In this document: positions 1-9,450 of the stretch, one piece after another
Layout of the letters: every line of letters starts with the position of its first letter
How positions within the stretch are numbered: position 1 is the first letter of the stretch
Assembly (NCBI GenBank): GCA_963668115.1
Contig: OY764147.1
Span: 2,317,761-2,381,760 of the forward strand
Direction: 5' to 3'
From: Dehalococcoidia bacterium
GTDB lineage: Bacteria > Chloroflexota > Dehalococcoidia > Plut-88900
Length of the DNA stretch: 64,000 nt
The notes under the pieces: model-generated
Databases searched by the model: none
The model's input: only the letters and a program-made list of their open reading frames with translations
What the model was told of the DNA's origin: nothing
Translations under genes and position numbers: made by a program

Positions 1-216
1 TCTCCTTGAAAGTGGGGTTTACACTCTCTGCCCCCCATGCTAGCATGGGGGGCAAAATTCACGAAACCCCCAACGCTACCACCGCGTCGGGGGTTCCGCC
101 GAGACCTTCACGGGAGGCCACGGAAGGCTCCAGAGCATCGGGAGTATACCCCCGATTCTGGGCCTAGCACAACCGAAAGGCAAACCCCCTTGTCGAGTCT
201 CGGCAAGGGGGTTAAT

Positions 217-480
217 TTGGATTCGGTAAGTTACCTAGTAGCGGGAGTGTTTCTCAGCCTGTTTGGACTGGTGGGGTTAGTGATAGGTTTGATTGGCTTA
301 GTAAGACTTCTCAAGCGGATGGGATGCGTTGATGAGTCGCCGCGTCACGGTAGGCGGATGGTGATTGCGCATAAACCTTTGTATGACAACGCGGGCATTG
401 ACTTACTAATTCTCTTATTTGGCTCAGGGATGTTGTACGTTGCCATAGAATTGCTAAAAGAGATAGCACAAGAACTATAG
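217..480 (+). CDS. small two-TM membrane protein (passenger ORF inside the IS). Probable TTG start at 217; the annotated ORF 37-480 has an implausible GC-rich N-terminal extension.
   Basis: Hydrophobic helices (LVAGVFLSLFGLVGLVIGLIGLV; IDLLILLFGSGMLYVAI). An AGGGGG Shine-Dalgarno-like motif lies upstream of the TTG. The ORF is AT-richer than its flanks. Confidence 0.3.
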   Translation: MDSVSYLVAGVFLSLFGLVGLVIGLIGLVRLLKRMGCVDESPRHGRRMVIAHKPLYDNAGIDLLILLFGSGMLYVAIELLKEIAQEL

Positions 481-590
481 CAATTCCGAGTGTGCCAATT
501 ATCGCCCAAATTACGTGCATGGATAAGGTAATCTCGCCCATGCCAACATCCTACATTAGCAAGCGGCCCGCAGGCAAATAAGGAGAGTCA

Positions 591-860
591 ATGGAGTACC
601 TGAAGACAAAACATCCGTGCCTAGTAGTGCTAGTCCTGTTCCTGATATCGGTTCCATTTCGATTCGCGGCCATGACGTCGGGTGTCCTTCCCCTTGCCAT
701 CATTGGCGATGGTATATTTATCATCGCAATCGTCTTGGGAATCGTCCTGATAGCCTTGAGGCTCAAGGCGCGGCGTCAAATCATCGGCTACTGTGAGACT
801 TGCGGCAAGCCATACATGAATGACAAAGAGCAAACCGAGCACGCCTTTAGCCATAGGTAG
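591..860 (+). CDS. small two-TM membrane protein with a C-terminal CxxC (CETCGKPY), passenger ORF inside the IS
   Basis: Strong RBS AAGGAGAGTCA precedes the ATG. Two hydrophobic helices. The stop lies 2 bp before the transposase start, suggesting an operon. Confidence 0.5.
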   Translation: MEYLKTKHPCLVVLVLFLISVPFRFAAMTSGVLPLAIIGDGIFIIAIVLGIVLIALRLKARRQIIGYCETCGKPYMNDKEQTEHAFSHR

Positions 861-862
861 CA

Positions 863-1948
863 ATGACGCAATTCACCGAGACCATAACCTACAACATCGA
901 ATGCCCGAATAAGGACGGGGGGAAGGTAATCAAGGTCGGGGTGAGAAACGGGCATCAGCGTTACCAGTGCAAGAAATGCGGGTCGAAATTCCGAGACCCT
1001 AGCATCGCCAAAGGAAAGCAGTATCCCATCAAGCAGGTGGGTGCGGCTTTGGCGTGGTACTTCGACGGACTCTCATACCGCGAAGTCGCAAGGCAGTTGA
1101 AGAATACCTTTGACATTCCCGAACCGACCGACAACACCATCTACCAGTGGGTACAAGCGTATTCCGACGAAGCCGTAAGGGAGGCAAAGGACGTAAAGGC
1201 TCACACCGGCCCCGTATGGTCGGCTGACGAAACCGACGTGACGATAGACGGCGAGCATTACTGGCTATGGTTCGTCATGGACGATGAAACCCGATACGTT
1301 CTCGCGGCCCTACTCACGCATCGGAGAGACGCCAAAGAGGCCGCTAAGGTCATGCGAATCGCAAAGGACGCCGCCGTTAATCTCCCCATGAGCATCCGCA
1401 CCGACCGGATGAAGTCCTACCCGTCGGCAATCAAGAACGTCTTTGACGGCAAGGTTAAACACGTACAGACGGACGGACTCGCCGCCGTTATCAACAACAA
1501 CCTTGTCGAGCGGCTGAATGGCACGATGAAGGAACGGGACAAGGTTTTCAGGGGATTCAAGCGGCTGGACTCGGCCCAGCAGTACGTTAACGGGTGGGTG
1601 CTGGACTACAACTTTTTCAGGCCGCACATGGCCCTATCGGACGGCAAGGCAACCCCCGCAACTCTCGCCAATGCCAAACCCCCATTCCACAGTTGGGAGG
1701 ATGTGGCCCGGACTGTAGAGGCTGTCGGGAGAGTGCCAAAGGCCACGCGGCCAAAGGAAACGCCGGGCTTCAAGCCGAAGAAGAAGCTAGGGAGACGGCG
1801 CACCAAACCACGCGGGCGGGCGGCTTTGGAACTGGAAAAGCTAGGGCGGCCCATAGGCGACCGCGCACCTAAGAAACGCGAGCGTCGGCCCGTCGCTCAC
1901 TCGGAGCGGCCCACAACCCAAAAGAGCCTAGACACGGGGAAGCGGTAG
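863..1948 (+). CDS. IS6-family DDE transposase with an N-terminal zinc-ribbon
   Basis: N-terminal CPNKDGG...RYQCKKCGSKF zinc ribbon. DDE region WSADETDVTIDGEHYWLWFVMDDETRYVLAALL...TDRMKSYPSAI resembles the IS26/IS240-type motifs DETYVK...YLYRAVD...TDKLxSY. Basic C-terminal tail. Confidence 0.8.
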   Translation: MTQFTETITYNIECPNKDGGKVIKVGVRNGHQRYQCKKCGSKFRDPSIAKGKQYPIKQVGAALAWYFDGLSYREVARQLKNTFDIPEPTDNTIYQWVQAYSDEAVREAKDVKAHTGPVWSADETDVTIDGEHYWLWFVMDDETRYVLAALLTHRRDAKEAAKVMRIAKDAAVNLPMSIRTDRMKSYPSAIKNVFDGKVKHVQTDGLAAVINNNLVERLNGTMKERDKVFRGFKRLDSAQQYVNGWVLDYNFFRPHMALSDGKATPATLANAKPPFHSWEDVARTVEAVGRVPKATRPKETPGFKPKKKLGRRRTKPRGRAALELEKLGRPIGDRAPKKRERRPVAHSERPTTQKSLDTGKR

Positions 1949-2265
1949 AATGTTCCGTCGGGAACATAGGGATTTTCGCGTAGGGGGGTCAAACCCCACT
2001 TTCAAGAAGAACCCATAGTTGTTATAGAAGCGGGCAAGTTGAAAGTCGTCCAGCAGAATGACCTGGTACAGGAAGACCAGGATACACAGGGCCATGATGG
2101 CCACGTTTACGTAGGGGATGCCGTGTCGGGGGTGTTCGGGGTCGGAGATGGGAAACATGGGTCAAGCAGGTGTGAGTAGAAGTGCTATCGACAACATTAG
2201 AGAGTCGGGTTTGGGCTGTCAATCGAGGCGCACGTCCCCCGACCGGTGCTAAAATATCCGCCGCT

Positions 2266-2919
2266 ATGCCTATCCAACCCATCGAGGCCGTCATATTCGA
2301 CATGGATGGCGTACTGGCAGACAGCGAACCCCTCTACCACCTCTCCCTGAACCAGGTGCTCCAGGCCCACGGACATTCCCTGACCGACGAGGACAACCGC
2401 ATCATCCTGGGCACGACTGTCGAGTTCACCTGGAAAACGCTCAAGGAACGATTCAACCTCGACGGGGACCTCCAGGACTGGATCGGCGTCTACGACGAGG
2501 TATTGTTGAAGAACCTCAAGGCGAATATCGAGCCCTCGCCAAGTCTCTACGACCTCCTGGATTCCCTGCAAGCCCGAGGCCTCCCCTTCGGGCTGGCCTC
2601 CTCATCTCAAGGCAACTGGGTCGACGTCATCCTCACTATTCTTGGCGTGAAGGAACGCTTCCGGGTGGTGATGTCAGGAGACATGGTGACCAACGGCAAG
2701 CCCGCCCCCGAGATCTACCTCACCGCCGCCTGCAAGCTGGACGTGGACCCAACGCGGTGTCTCGTGTTCGAGGACTCGCCCCACGGGATTCAGGCCGGCA
2801 AAGCTGCGGGGATGACGGTCGTAGCAGTGCTTACGGACATGACCCGGGGCATGGACCTGTCCCACGCAGACCACCACATCGAGTCCCTGGCGGACTTTGA
2901 TTTGACCCTGCTGGGCTAG
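2266..2919 (+). CDS. HAD-IA family hydrolase, probably a phosphoglycolate phosphatase. True start is likely the ATG at 2266 (MPIQPIEAVIFDMDG...).
   Basis: HAD motifs: FDMDGVL (motif I), GLASSS, GKPAPEIYL, VFEDSPHGIQAGKAAGM. It sits next to the glycolate-oxidation genes. Confidence 0.7.
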   Translation: MPIQPIEAVIFDMDGVLADSEPLYHLSLNQVLQAHGHSLTDEDNRIILGTTVEFTWKTLKERFNLDGDLQDWIGVYDEVLLKNLKANIEPSPSLYDLLDSLQARGLPFGLASSSQGNWVDVILTILGVKERFRVVMSGDMVTNGKPAPEIYLTAACKLDVDPTRCLVFEDSPHGIQAGKAAGMTVVAVLTDMTRGMDLSHADHHIESLADFDLTLLG

Positions 2920-2937
2920 TCCCTCGCTCGGGCAAAA

Positions 2938-2967
2938 TTGACGCTCCCCAACCCCGACCGCTACACT
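2938..2967 (+). promoter_or_regulatory. candidate sigma70-like promoter upstream of the aminotransferase gene: TTGACG, 18-bp spacer, TACACT
   Basis: The -35 and -10 hexamers are seen directly in the sequence, about 30 bp upstream of the ATG at 2997. Confidence 0.3.
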
Positions 2968-2996
2968 ACGACCACTTTCCCCGCGAGGACATAACC

Positions 2997-4166
2997 ATGA
3001 CTGAACCCACCCCCAAGACCCTTCTGGGCCCCGGCCCGAGCAACGTCCACCCCCGAGTCTACGCCTCAATGTCGGGACCCGTGCTTTCCCACATGGACCC
3101 CGACTTCTGGGCCATCATGGACGAGACCGTAGAACTCCTGCGGGAGGTGTTCCAAACGGGCAACGGGCTCACCCTGCCCATCTCGGGGACCGGCTCTGCG
3201 GGGATGGAAGCCGCCCTCTACAACTCCCTGGAGCCCGGCGACACGATCATTGTGGGGGTAGCCGGTTTCTTCGCCTCACGCATCGCCGAAATTGCCGCCC
3301 GGTGCGACGCTAACGTCGTCACCGTTGAGGCCGAATGGGGCAAAGCCGTGACCCCCGCCGCGGTCGAGGAAGCCCTTGCCGCCAACCCCAACACCAAGGT
3401 CGTAGCCTTCGTACACTGCGAAACCTCCACGGGCGTCCTTCAGCCCCTTGGGGAGATTGGGCAACTGGCCCGGTCCCACGGGGCCATGTTCCTGGTTGAT
3501 AGCGTCGCCTCCCTCGGGGGTCAACGGTTGCCCGTGGATGACTTGGGCATCGACATCTGCTACAGCGGGAGCCAGAAGAGCCTCAGTTGCCCGCCGGGCC
3601 TCGCGCCCATCACCATGAGCCCTCAGGCCGTGGAGGCCATGAAGTCCCGCCAGTCCCCATCCCGGAGCTGGTACCTGGACCTTTCCATGCTTGACGAGTA
3701 TTGGATCAGCGCCCGGAAATACCACCACACCGCCCCCGCATCAATGATCTACGCCCTGCGGGAGTCGTTACGCATCCTGGTTGAAGAGGGGCTGGAAAAC
3801 AGCTTCGCCCGACACCAGCTAAACGCCGACGCCCTCCGCGCGGGTGTCGACGCCATGGGCCTGTCCATCGTCGCCGACGAAGATGTCCGCTCCAACACCG
3901 TGAACGGCGTCCGAATGCCCGAAGGCGTCGACGCCAACGCTGTCCGCATGGCCCTGCTCAACGACTACAACATCGAGACGGGTGGAGGGCTCGGGCCCTT
4001 TGCGGGAAAGGTGGTCAGGGTCGGGCTGATGGGCTACTCGTCGCAGGAGACCAACGTGTTGCTGATACTCTCCGCCCTGGGTAGGGTGCTGAACGGGCTG
4101 GAATACGAGGTTGCCGTCTCAGCGGGTGTAGCCGCGGCGAGTCGGGTGTACGCGGGAGCGTCCTAG
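2997..4166 (+). CDS. class-V aminotransferase (serine--glyoxylate / alanine--glyoxylate aminotransferase type)
   Basis: Class-V PLP-enzyme length (389 aa). The lysine motif SGSQKSLSCPPGLAPI is typical of AGXT/SGAT. Confidence 0.8.
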   Translation: MTEPTPKTLLGPGPSNVHPRVYASMSGPVLSHMDPDFWAIMDETVELLREVFQTGNGLTLPISGTGSAGMEAALYNSLEPGDTIIVGVAGFFASRIAEIAARCDANVVTVEAEWGKAVTPAAVEEALAANPNTKVVAFVHCETSTGVLQPLGEIGQLARSHGAMFLVDSVASLGGQRLPVDDLGIDICYSGSQKSLSCPPGLAPITMSPQAVEAMKSRQSPSRSWYLDLSMLDEYWISARKYHHTAPASMIYALRESLRILVEEGLENSFARHQLNADALRAGVDAMGLSIVADEDVRSNTVNGVRMPEGVDANAVRMALLNDYNIETGGGLGPFAGKVVRVGLMGYSSQETNVLLILSALGRVLNGLEYEVAVSAGVAAASRVYAGAS

Positions 4167-5485
4167 CCGGAATCCTCCTCCTGCCTATAGGCCTGGTCCA
4201 GCAGCTCCACTACGTGGTAAGAGCGCGTCGTTTGTCCCTGCTTGCGCAGACCCATATCAAGCTGGAGCATGCACCCGGGGTTGGCCGTGGTCACGACGTC
4301 GGCTTCCGCCGCCGACACATCCCGCATCTTGCTGTCCAGCAACTGCGATGAAAGCTCCGGGTTGACGATGTTGTAGACCCCCGCCGCACCGCAGCACTTG
4401 TCCGAGTTGGGCATTTCGCAGAGCTCCACGCCAGGGATCGAGGTCAAGACCTGGCGCGGCGCCTCCCTGATCCTCTGGGCGTGTACCAGGTGACATGAGT
4501 CCTGGTACGTGACCCGCTTGCTGAACCCCGACTTGGGCGGCGCGAATGGTAGGTCGGCGAGGAATTCGTGAACATCTTTGACTTTGGCGACGAAAGTCTC
4601 TGCTTTGCCTGAGTAACCGGGGTCCTCCGCAAGCAGCTCTTCGTACTCCTTCAGCATTGCCCCACACCCTGCGGCGTTGACGACCACTGTGTCGGCTTCC
4701 GCAAAAGCGTCGATATTCTTACGGGCCATCTCTCGGGCCGAGTCTCGCTCGCCGCTATGCACGTTCAGCGCACCGCAGCAACCCTGCCCACCCGGGATGT
4801 CCACCCGACAGCCGTTCTTGGACAGCACGTTTACCGTCGCCCGGTTCACGGGCCCAAACACTAGGGGCATGATGCACCCGGAAAAAAGGGCCACCGTCTT
4901 CTTTTCAGCCCCCTTTGCCGGTACGCTCTTCGCCTTGCCCCGGGGGTAGGGGCTGAAGGCCAGCTTGGGAAGCATCGACTCCATGTGGGACAGGCGAGTC
5001 GGGAGCAGCTTCAGCACGCGGGACTTCCTCACAAGCCACTGAATACCCGAGGCCTGGTAAAGGGAAAGCATACGGGAAGCCAGACCTAACCTGCCCTGGT
5101 GAGGGAACAGGTGCCTGAAGGCAATGTTCCTGGCCGTCCTTTCGATGAAGGGCCGAGAGGTCTGCGCCTCGATTCTGGCTCGGGTCTCCGTCATCAGGCT
5201 CCCGAAGGGCACCCCCGAGGGACAAGCGGCCTCGCAGGCCCGACATAGCAGGCAAAGCTCCATGTGCTCGACCAGCCGGTCCGTGTACCCGAACCGGCCC
5301 TCCGCTACGGCCTTCATCAGGGCCAGCCGGCCCCGGGGGGACTCGGTCTCCAGGCCCAGCTCCAGGTAGGTCGGGCACTGGTTGAGGCACAGGCCGCAGT
5401 GGACACAGCGGTAGAGTTCCTCCGCCGTGACGCCACCCACCGAAAGGTCCAGCAGGTCCATCACTGACTTTTCAGCTCTCACCAC
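4163..5485 (-). CDS. glcF: glycolate oxidase iron-sulfur subunit GlcF-like (Fe-S oxidoreductase with CCG domains)
   Basis: Two ferredoxin-type motifs (CVHCGLCLNQCP; CLLCRACEAACP) and two cysteine-rich CCG-type repeats (CCGAL..., CCGAAGVYN). Confidence 0.75.
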   Translation of the reverse strand: MVRAEKSVMDLLDLSVGGVTAEELYRCVHCGLCLNQCPTYLELGLETESPRGRLALMKAVAEGRFGYTDRLVEHMELCLLCRACEAACPSGVPFGSLMTETRARIEAQTSRPFIERTARNIAFRHLFPHQGRLGLASRMLSLYQASGIQWLVRKSRVLKLLPTRLSHMESMLPKLAFSPYPRGKAKSVPAKGAEKKTVALFSGCIMPLVFGPVNRATVNVLSKNGCRVDIPGGQGCCGALNVHSGERDSAREMARKNIDAFAEADTVVVNAAGCGAMLKEYEELLAEDPGYSGKAETFVAKVKDVHEFLADLPFAPPKSGFSKRVTYQDSCHLVHAQRIREAPRQVLTSIPGVELCEMPNSDKCCGAAGVYNIVNPELSSQLLDSKMRDVSAAEADVVTTANPGCMLQLDMGLRKQGQTTRSYHVVELLDQAYRQEEDSG

Positions 5486-5489
5486 TGCC

Positions 5490-6875
5490 CTATATCCCCT
5501 TCACGAACCGGCCCGGGTTCAGCGTGCCGTTGGGGTCAAACTGCTCTTTGATCCGTTTCATCAGGGCAACTTGGGGCCCATCGAATCCCCACACGTCGAT
5601 ACGTTCCTTCAATTCTGGGGGGCAGGCCTCGATGACGCAATGGCCGTTCATCTCTGTTGCCACATCTCTAATGGCCGTTACAAGGGCTTCTAATGTGTCA
5701 GTAGGGGTTTCCCTGTCCATCCAGTAGCCGTAGATGACCCCATTGACCATGTTACAGGAAACGCTAAGTCCTTCTCCGCCGACTTGTCGAATACGCTCCA
5801 CCAGGGACGCGGAGTCGGAAGGGAGGCAGGTGGCCTTGACGATCATAGTCGCCGGCGAGTTGGATCCCCGCCCCGCATCACATACCAATCGCCAAAAATT
5901 CTCACCGCTATATCCCCCCTCAATGGTATATCCAGATGCCCCTTTACGCAGAATCTGCCAGAACTTCTCCCCTTCATCCGTCGCCGGCAGACCCCTGTCG
6001 TTGCAAAGATCCGTCACAACTCGGGTCTGCCGTTCAACGGCCTCCCTGACGCCGCCTATCTTCAGCGCCACGGCGTAGCCTGTCCTGACTGCGAACCCTA
6101 CACCGCCAACCAGCTGAAGGGCCACGGGATCCACTCCCGCTCCGCGTAGGTCTTTAGCAATTTCTCCTGCCTCGGAAGCGGCGTCGCAACCAATCAGCAA
6201 ACTCCTTGTCTCCTTGAACAACGGAGCCAGCTTGAATGCCGCCTCAACAATTATCCCCAATGTTCCAAGCGCTCCTGTGTAGAGCTTGTTCATGTCATAG
6301 CCCGAGACGTTCTTGACGACCTTGCCCCCACCCTTGGTCACGTCACCGTTCGGATTCACGACTTTAACCCCGATAAGCCTGTCCCGAATCGCGCCGAACT
6401 GCGCCCGGATCGGCCCGCTGGAGTTGGCGGAGAGTATGCCCCCAATCGTCGCTTTCTCGGGAAGGGGAGGGTCCAGGGGCAGGAACTGTCCCTTTTCGCC
6501 AAGCTCTTCCTGCACGGCCCCGAGAGTAATCCCCGCTTCCACCACCACCGTCAGGTCCGAGGGTTCGTATTCGAGGACCCGGTTGAGCCTGGACGTGCCG
6601 ATCACAAGGTCGCAGGCTCTGGGCAGGTTTCCCAGGCCCATCGCAGTACCTCCGCCCCAGGGCACGACCCCCTTGCCATCCCGGTCCGCCGCCGAGAGCA
6701 CATGGCTCACCTCCTCGATTGTGTTTGGAAAGACTGCGGCCCCCGGCTCGACGCCATCGACTGCATACTGCCTGAGGCCCGGCCCGTGAGTGATCTTACG
6801 GTTGCGGGGTATCCGGTCGATCTCCCATTGCAGGGAGTGGGGAATGGCCATGACGATGCGGCTCGGTTGCGCCAA
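5490..6875 (-). CDS. glcE: FAD-binding oxidase, glycolate oxidase GlcE-like subunit
   Basis: PCMH-type FAD-binding domain (VPWGGGTAMGLGN). Located between glcD and glcF. Confidence 0.7.
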   Translation of the reverse strand: MAQPSRIVMAIPHSLQWEIDRIPRNRKITHGPGLRQYAVDGVEPGAAVFPNTIEEVSHVLSAADRDGKGVVPWGGGTAMGLGNLPRACDLVIGTSRLNRVLEYEPSDLTVVVEAGITLGAVQEELGEKGQFLPLDPPLPEKATIGGILSANSSGPIRAQFGAIRDRLIGVKVVNPNGDVTKGGGKVVKNVSGYDMNKLYTGALGTLGIIVEAAFKLAPLFKETRSLLIGCDAASEAGEIAKDLRGAGVDPVALQLVGGVGFAVRTGYAVALKIGGVREAVERQTRVVTDLCNDRGLPATDEGEKFWQILRKGASGYTIEGGYSGENFWRLVCDAGRGSNSPATMIVKATCLPSDSASLVERIRQVGGEGLSVSCNMVNGVIYGYWMDRETPTDTLEALVTAIRDVATEMNGHCVIEACPPELKERIDVWGFDGPQVALMKRIKEQFDPNGTLNPGRFVKGI

Positions 6876-6881
6876 CCCCGA

Positions 6882-7811
6882 CTAGGAGCCGGAGAGCCAC
6901 CCCTTCAGGGCTTGGATATGGTCGGGCTTCGTGCCGCAGCACCCGCCTATGATGCGGGCGCCTTGCTCCTGCCAACCCTTGGCGTGTTCCAGGTACTGCT
7001 GCGGGTCTAGGGCATTCCGCAGTGGCCTGTCGGTGTTGTGGCCCGGGAAGTGAGCATAGGCGCCAAAGGTCCCCGACCAGCTCTTCTTGACTATCTCCAG
7101 CGCGGGCGCCGTGTCCCCTACCGGCGTGTGCATAACAAACACCGCGTCGATGTCCCTGTCCTTGATGGCGTCCATAGCGTCCTGGAGGGACTCACCGCCG
7201 TGCCTGTCATCAATACCGAGATATAGATCGTTCCCATCAGGGATTACCGACAGTCCAACCCACGCCGGGAGCCCCAGCTGTCCGGCGGCGTCGATTATGG
7301 CGAGGGTGTCCGAAATTCGCACTAACATTTCCCCGACCGCCACGTCGGGGCCGCCCTTGGCCAGCTCTCCGAACTGCTCCAGGTAAGTTTCCAGGGCTTT
7401 TTCGTAGGCAACGGGAACTTCGGCATGGGCCTTGGGCTTCATGGTGGAGGCGGAGGCTGCAATCACAACCGAGTCCTCCGTTCCCGTGTTCTTCCTTGCC
7501 TTAACCGCCGCTTCGATTCCGTTCCTGTTGGCCTCGGCTACTTTGTCCTCGAGTCCACCCTCCTCCAGCATGTCTCGGCCGGTGCCGAAGGTATTCGTGA
7601 TGATGATCTCTGCGCCTGACCTGATGTAGTCCTCGTGGATCTCCCTCACCAGTTCCGGGTCGGTGAGCATCGGGCCGCCCGACCAGGTCGTGGGGCTGAT
7701 AAGCCCTCGCCTCTCGAACTCCGAGCCCATGCCCCCATCCATCAGGATAGTCTCACCCGCGGCGATTCGCGCCTGCATCTTTTCGTAGTTGTTCATCCGT
7801 TTTCTCCGCAA
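6882..7811 (-). CDS. homocysteine S-methyltransferase family protein (MmuM/BHMT-like)
   Basis: Motifs ILMDGGMGSEF, IITNTF, and the zinc-ligand motif GGCCGTKPDHI near the C-terminus. Confidence 0.75.
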   Translation of the reverse strand: MRRKRMNNYEKMQARIAAGETILMDGGMGSEFERRGLISPTTWSGGPMLTDPELVREIHEDYIRSGAEIIITNTFGTGRDMLEEGGLEDKVAEANRNGIEAAVKARKNTGTEDSVVIAASASTMKPKAHAEVPVAYEKALETYLEQFGELAKGGPDVAVGEMLVRISDTLAIIDAAGQLGLPAWVGLSVIPDGNDLYLGIDDRHGGESLQDAMDAIKDRDIDAVFVMHTPVGDTAPALEIVKKSWSGTFGAYAHFPGHNTDRPLRNALDPQQYLEHAKGWQEQGARIIGGCCGTKPDHIQALKGWLSGS

Positions 7812-7843
7812 TCAAGTCCGATTTGGCAGTCCTGCGTAGGGCC

Positions 7844-9286
7844 TTATACGTACATACCTGAAGCCTGTGGCACGGGCCTGTGCAGATCCGATTCCCGGTT
7901 TGGCGGAGCCTCGTCTGGGAATATCTTACCGGGATTGAAAGTTGCCTTGGGGCAGAAGGCCGCGCGCAGGCGCTTCATCGCCGCCATGTCTTCAAGGGTG
8001 AAGGCCCAGGGCATGTACATCTGCTTCTCGACACCAATGCCGTGTTCGCCGGTCAAGGCTCCTCCAACGTCGATGCAGGCCCGCAGCATCTCGGCGCCGG
8101 CCTGAAGGACGTTCTCTTTTGCACCCTCATTGCGGTCATCGAACAGGATTATCGGGTGCAGGTTGCCATCCCCGGCATGGAAGACATTGCCTGCCACGAC
8201 ATCGTATCGTTCACAAATCTCTTCTACTTTCTCCATTATCTCGGGGAGTCGAGTACGGGGCACGACGCCGTCAACTATGTAGTAGTTGGGAGCCACGCTC
8301 CCCAGGGCCCCGAATGCGCTCTTGCGGCCCGCCCAGAGCCGTTCTCGTTCAGCGGGGTCATTCGCCGAACGGACGAGGGTGGCATTGTGGGCCTTGCAGA
8401 TCTCTTCAATGGCCGCGGTCTCCTGCCGCGTCGACTCTTCCAGACCCTCGACCTCGATAAGCAGGACGGCCCCCGCATCCTCCGGAAATCCGGCCTTTAT
8501 CACCTTTTCCACCGCTCGTATTACCACGTTGTCTATCATCTCCAGGGCTGCGGGCACTATCCCCGCCCCGATCACCGACGAAACCGTGTTGGTGGCGTCA
8601 ATCGGGCTATCGTAAACGGCGAGGAGAGTTTCTACGGACTCGGGCTTCGGCGTGAGTCGGACCAGGATCTTCGTCACCACCACAAACGTCCCCTCCGACC
8701 CGACGATTGCCCCCGTAAGGTCGTAGCCCGGCACGTCCCTGACCCTGCTCCCGACCCACATCAGGTCGCCGTTGTGCAAGACCACTTCCAGCCCGAGAAC
8801 ATGGTTGGTTGTGACACCGTAGGAAAGACAGTGAGGCCCGCCCGCATTCTCGGCCACGTTTCCGCCGATGGTGCAGGCCTTCTGGCTGGAGGGGTCGGGG
8901 GCGTAGTAGAGCCCGAACTTGCTTACGGCGGCGCTCAGGTCCAGGTTTACCAGGCCCGGCTCCACTACCGCTATCAGGTTGTCCGTATCGACCTCCAGGA
9001 CCCTCTTCAGCCGAGTCATGGCGAGAAGTATGCCGCCTGTCGAGGCCAAAGCCCCGCCGCTGATGCTGGTGCCCGCGCCCCGGGGCACGACCGGCAGCCC
9101 TTCCCGGTACGCTATCTTCACCGTCTCAGCGACTTCCTCAGCGGAGCCGGGAACAACCACAACCTCGGGATAGCCCGTGGCCTGAGACCCGTCATATTCG
9201 AAGACTATCAGGTCCTCAGGGGCGTACAGAACGTACCGCTCCCCGACGACCCCTACCAGTTCTTCGATTACCTTCTGAGGGATCAT
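7844..9286 (-). CDS. glcD: FAD-linked oxidase, glycolate oxidase subunit GlcD
   Basis: 480 aa. FAD-binding PCMH domain (PEVVVVPGSAEEVAETVKIAYREGLPVVPRGAGTSISGG) and a C-terminal FAD-oxidase domain. Confidence 0.8.
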   Translation of the reverse strand: MIPQKVIEELVGVVGERYVLYAPEDLIVFEYDGSQATGYPEVVVVPGSAEEVAETVKIAYREGLPVVPRGAGTSISGGALASTGGILLAMTRLKRVLEVDTDNLIAVVEPGLVNLDLSAAVSKFGLYYAPDPSSQKACTIGGNVAENAGGPHCLSYGVTTNHVLGLEVVLHNGDLMWVGSRVRDVPGYDLTGAIVGSEGTFVVVTKILVRLTPKPESVETLLAVYDSPIDATNTVSSVIGAGIVPAALEMIDNVVIRAVEKVIKAGFPEDAGAVLLIEVEGLEESTRQETAAIEEICKAHNATLVRSANDPAERERLWAGRKSAFGALGSVAPNYYIVDGVVPRTRLPEIMEKVEEICERYDVVAGNVFHAGDGNLHPIILFDDRNEGAKENVLQAGAEMLRACIDVGGALTGEHGIGVEKQMYMPWAFTLEDMAAMKRLRAAFCPKATFNPGKIFPDEAPPNRESDLHRPVPQASGMYV

Positions 9287-9450
9287 TCCTTGTTCAACTC
9301 AACCGGCATTTGCGCGCCCAAAAGCTTCAAAACGGGCGTCGCTTCTAAACATCCTACCACCTACTAACCCATCTAGCACAAGCTACGGGGTATAGCGCGG
9401 GGCCGAGCGCCCAGAGCATCCGCCATGTTTTCGCGGGTATAATCCTCCCC

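Larger units (their letters stand above)
5..2006 (+). mobile_element. IS6-family insertion sequence (transposase plus two small passenger ORFs). Terminal inverted repeats share a 16-bp perfect core cttgaaagtggggttt at 5-20 and, reverse-complemented, at 1991-2006.
   Basis: 16-bp perfect inverted repeat at both ends, each followed by a C-run. An internal DDE transposase has IS6/IS240-like motifs. The left end abuts the window edge, so a target-site duplication cannot be checked. Confidence 0.6.

Noticed and set aside
37-216. N-terminal 60 codons of ORF 37-480 (MLAWGAKFTKPPTLPPRRGFRRDLHGRPRK…)
   Set aside because: It is GC-rich and basic, not protein-like, and overlaps the IS terminal inverted repeat. 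A TTG at 217 with an upstream SD gives a compact membrane protein instead.
2197-3069. Numerous long ORFs on the strand opposite to confident genes (for example 2197-2571, 2674-3069, 7880-9367 with 495 aa, 16111-17202, 20369-21223, 53002-54402, 58677-59402, 61651-62340)
   Set aside because: In a genome of over 60% GC, stop-free antisense frames are expected. Each overlaps a gene with clear family motifs on the other strand, and their translations are Arg/Pro/Gly-rich low-complexity sequence.
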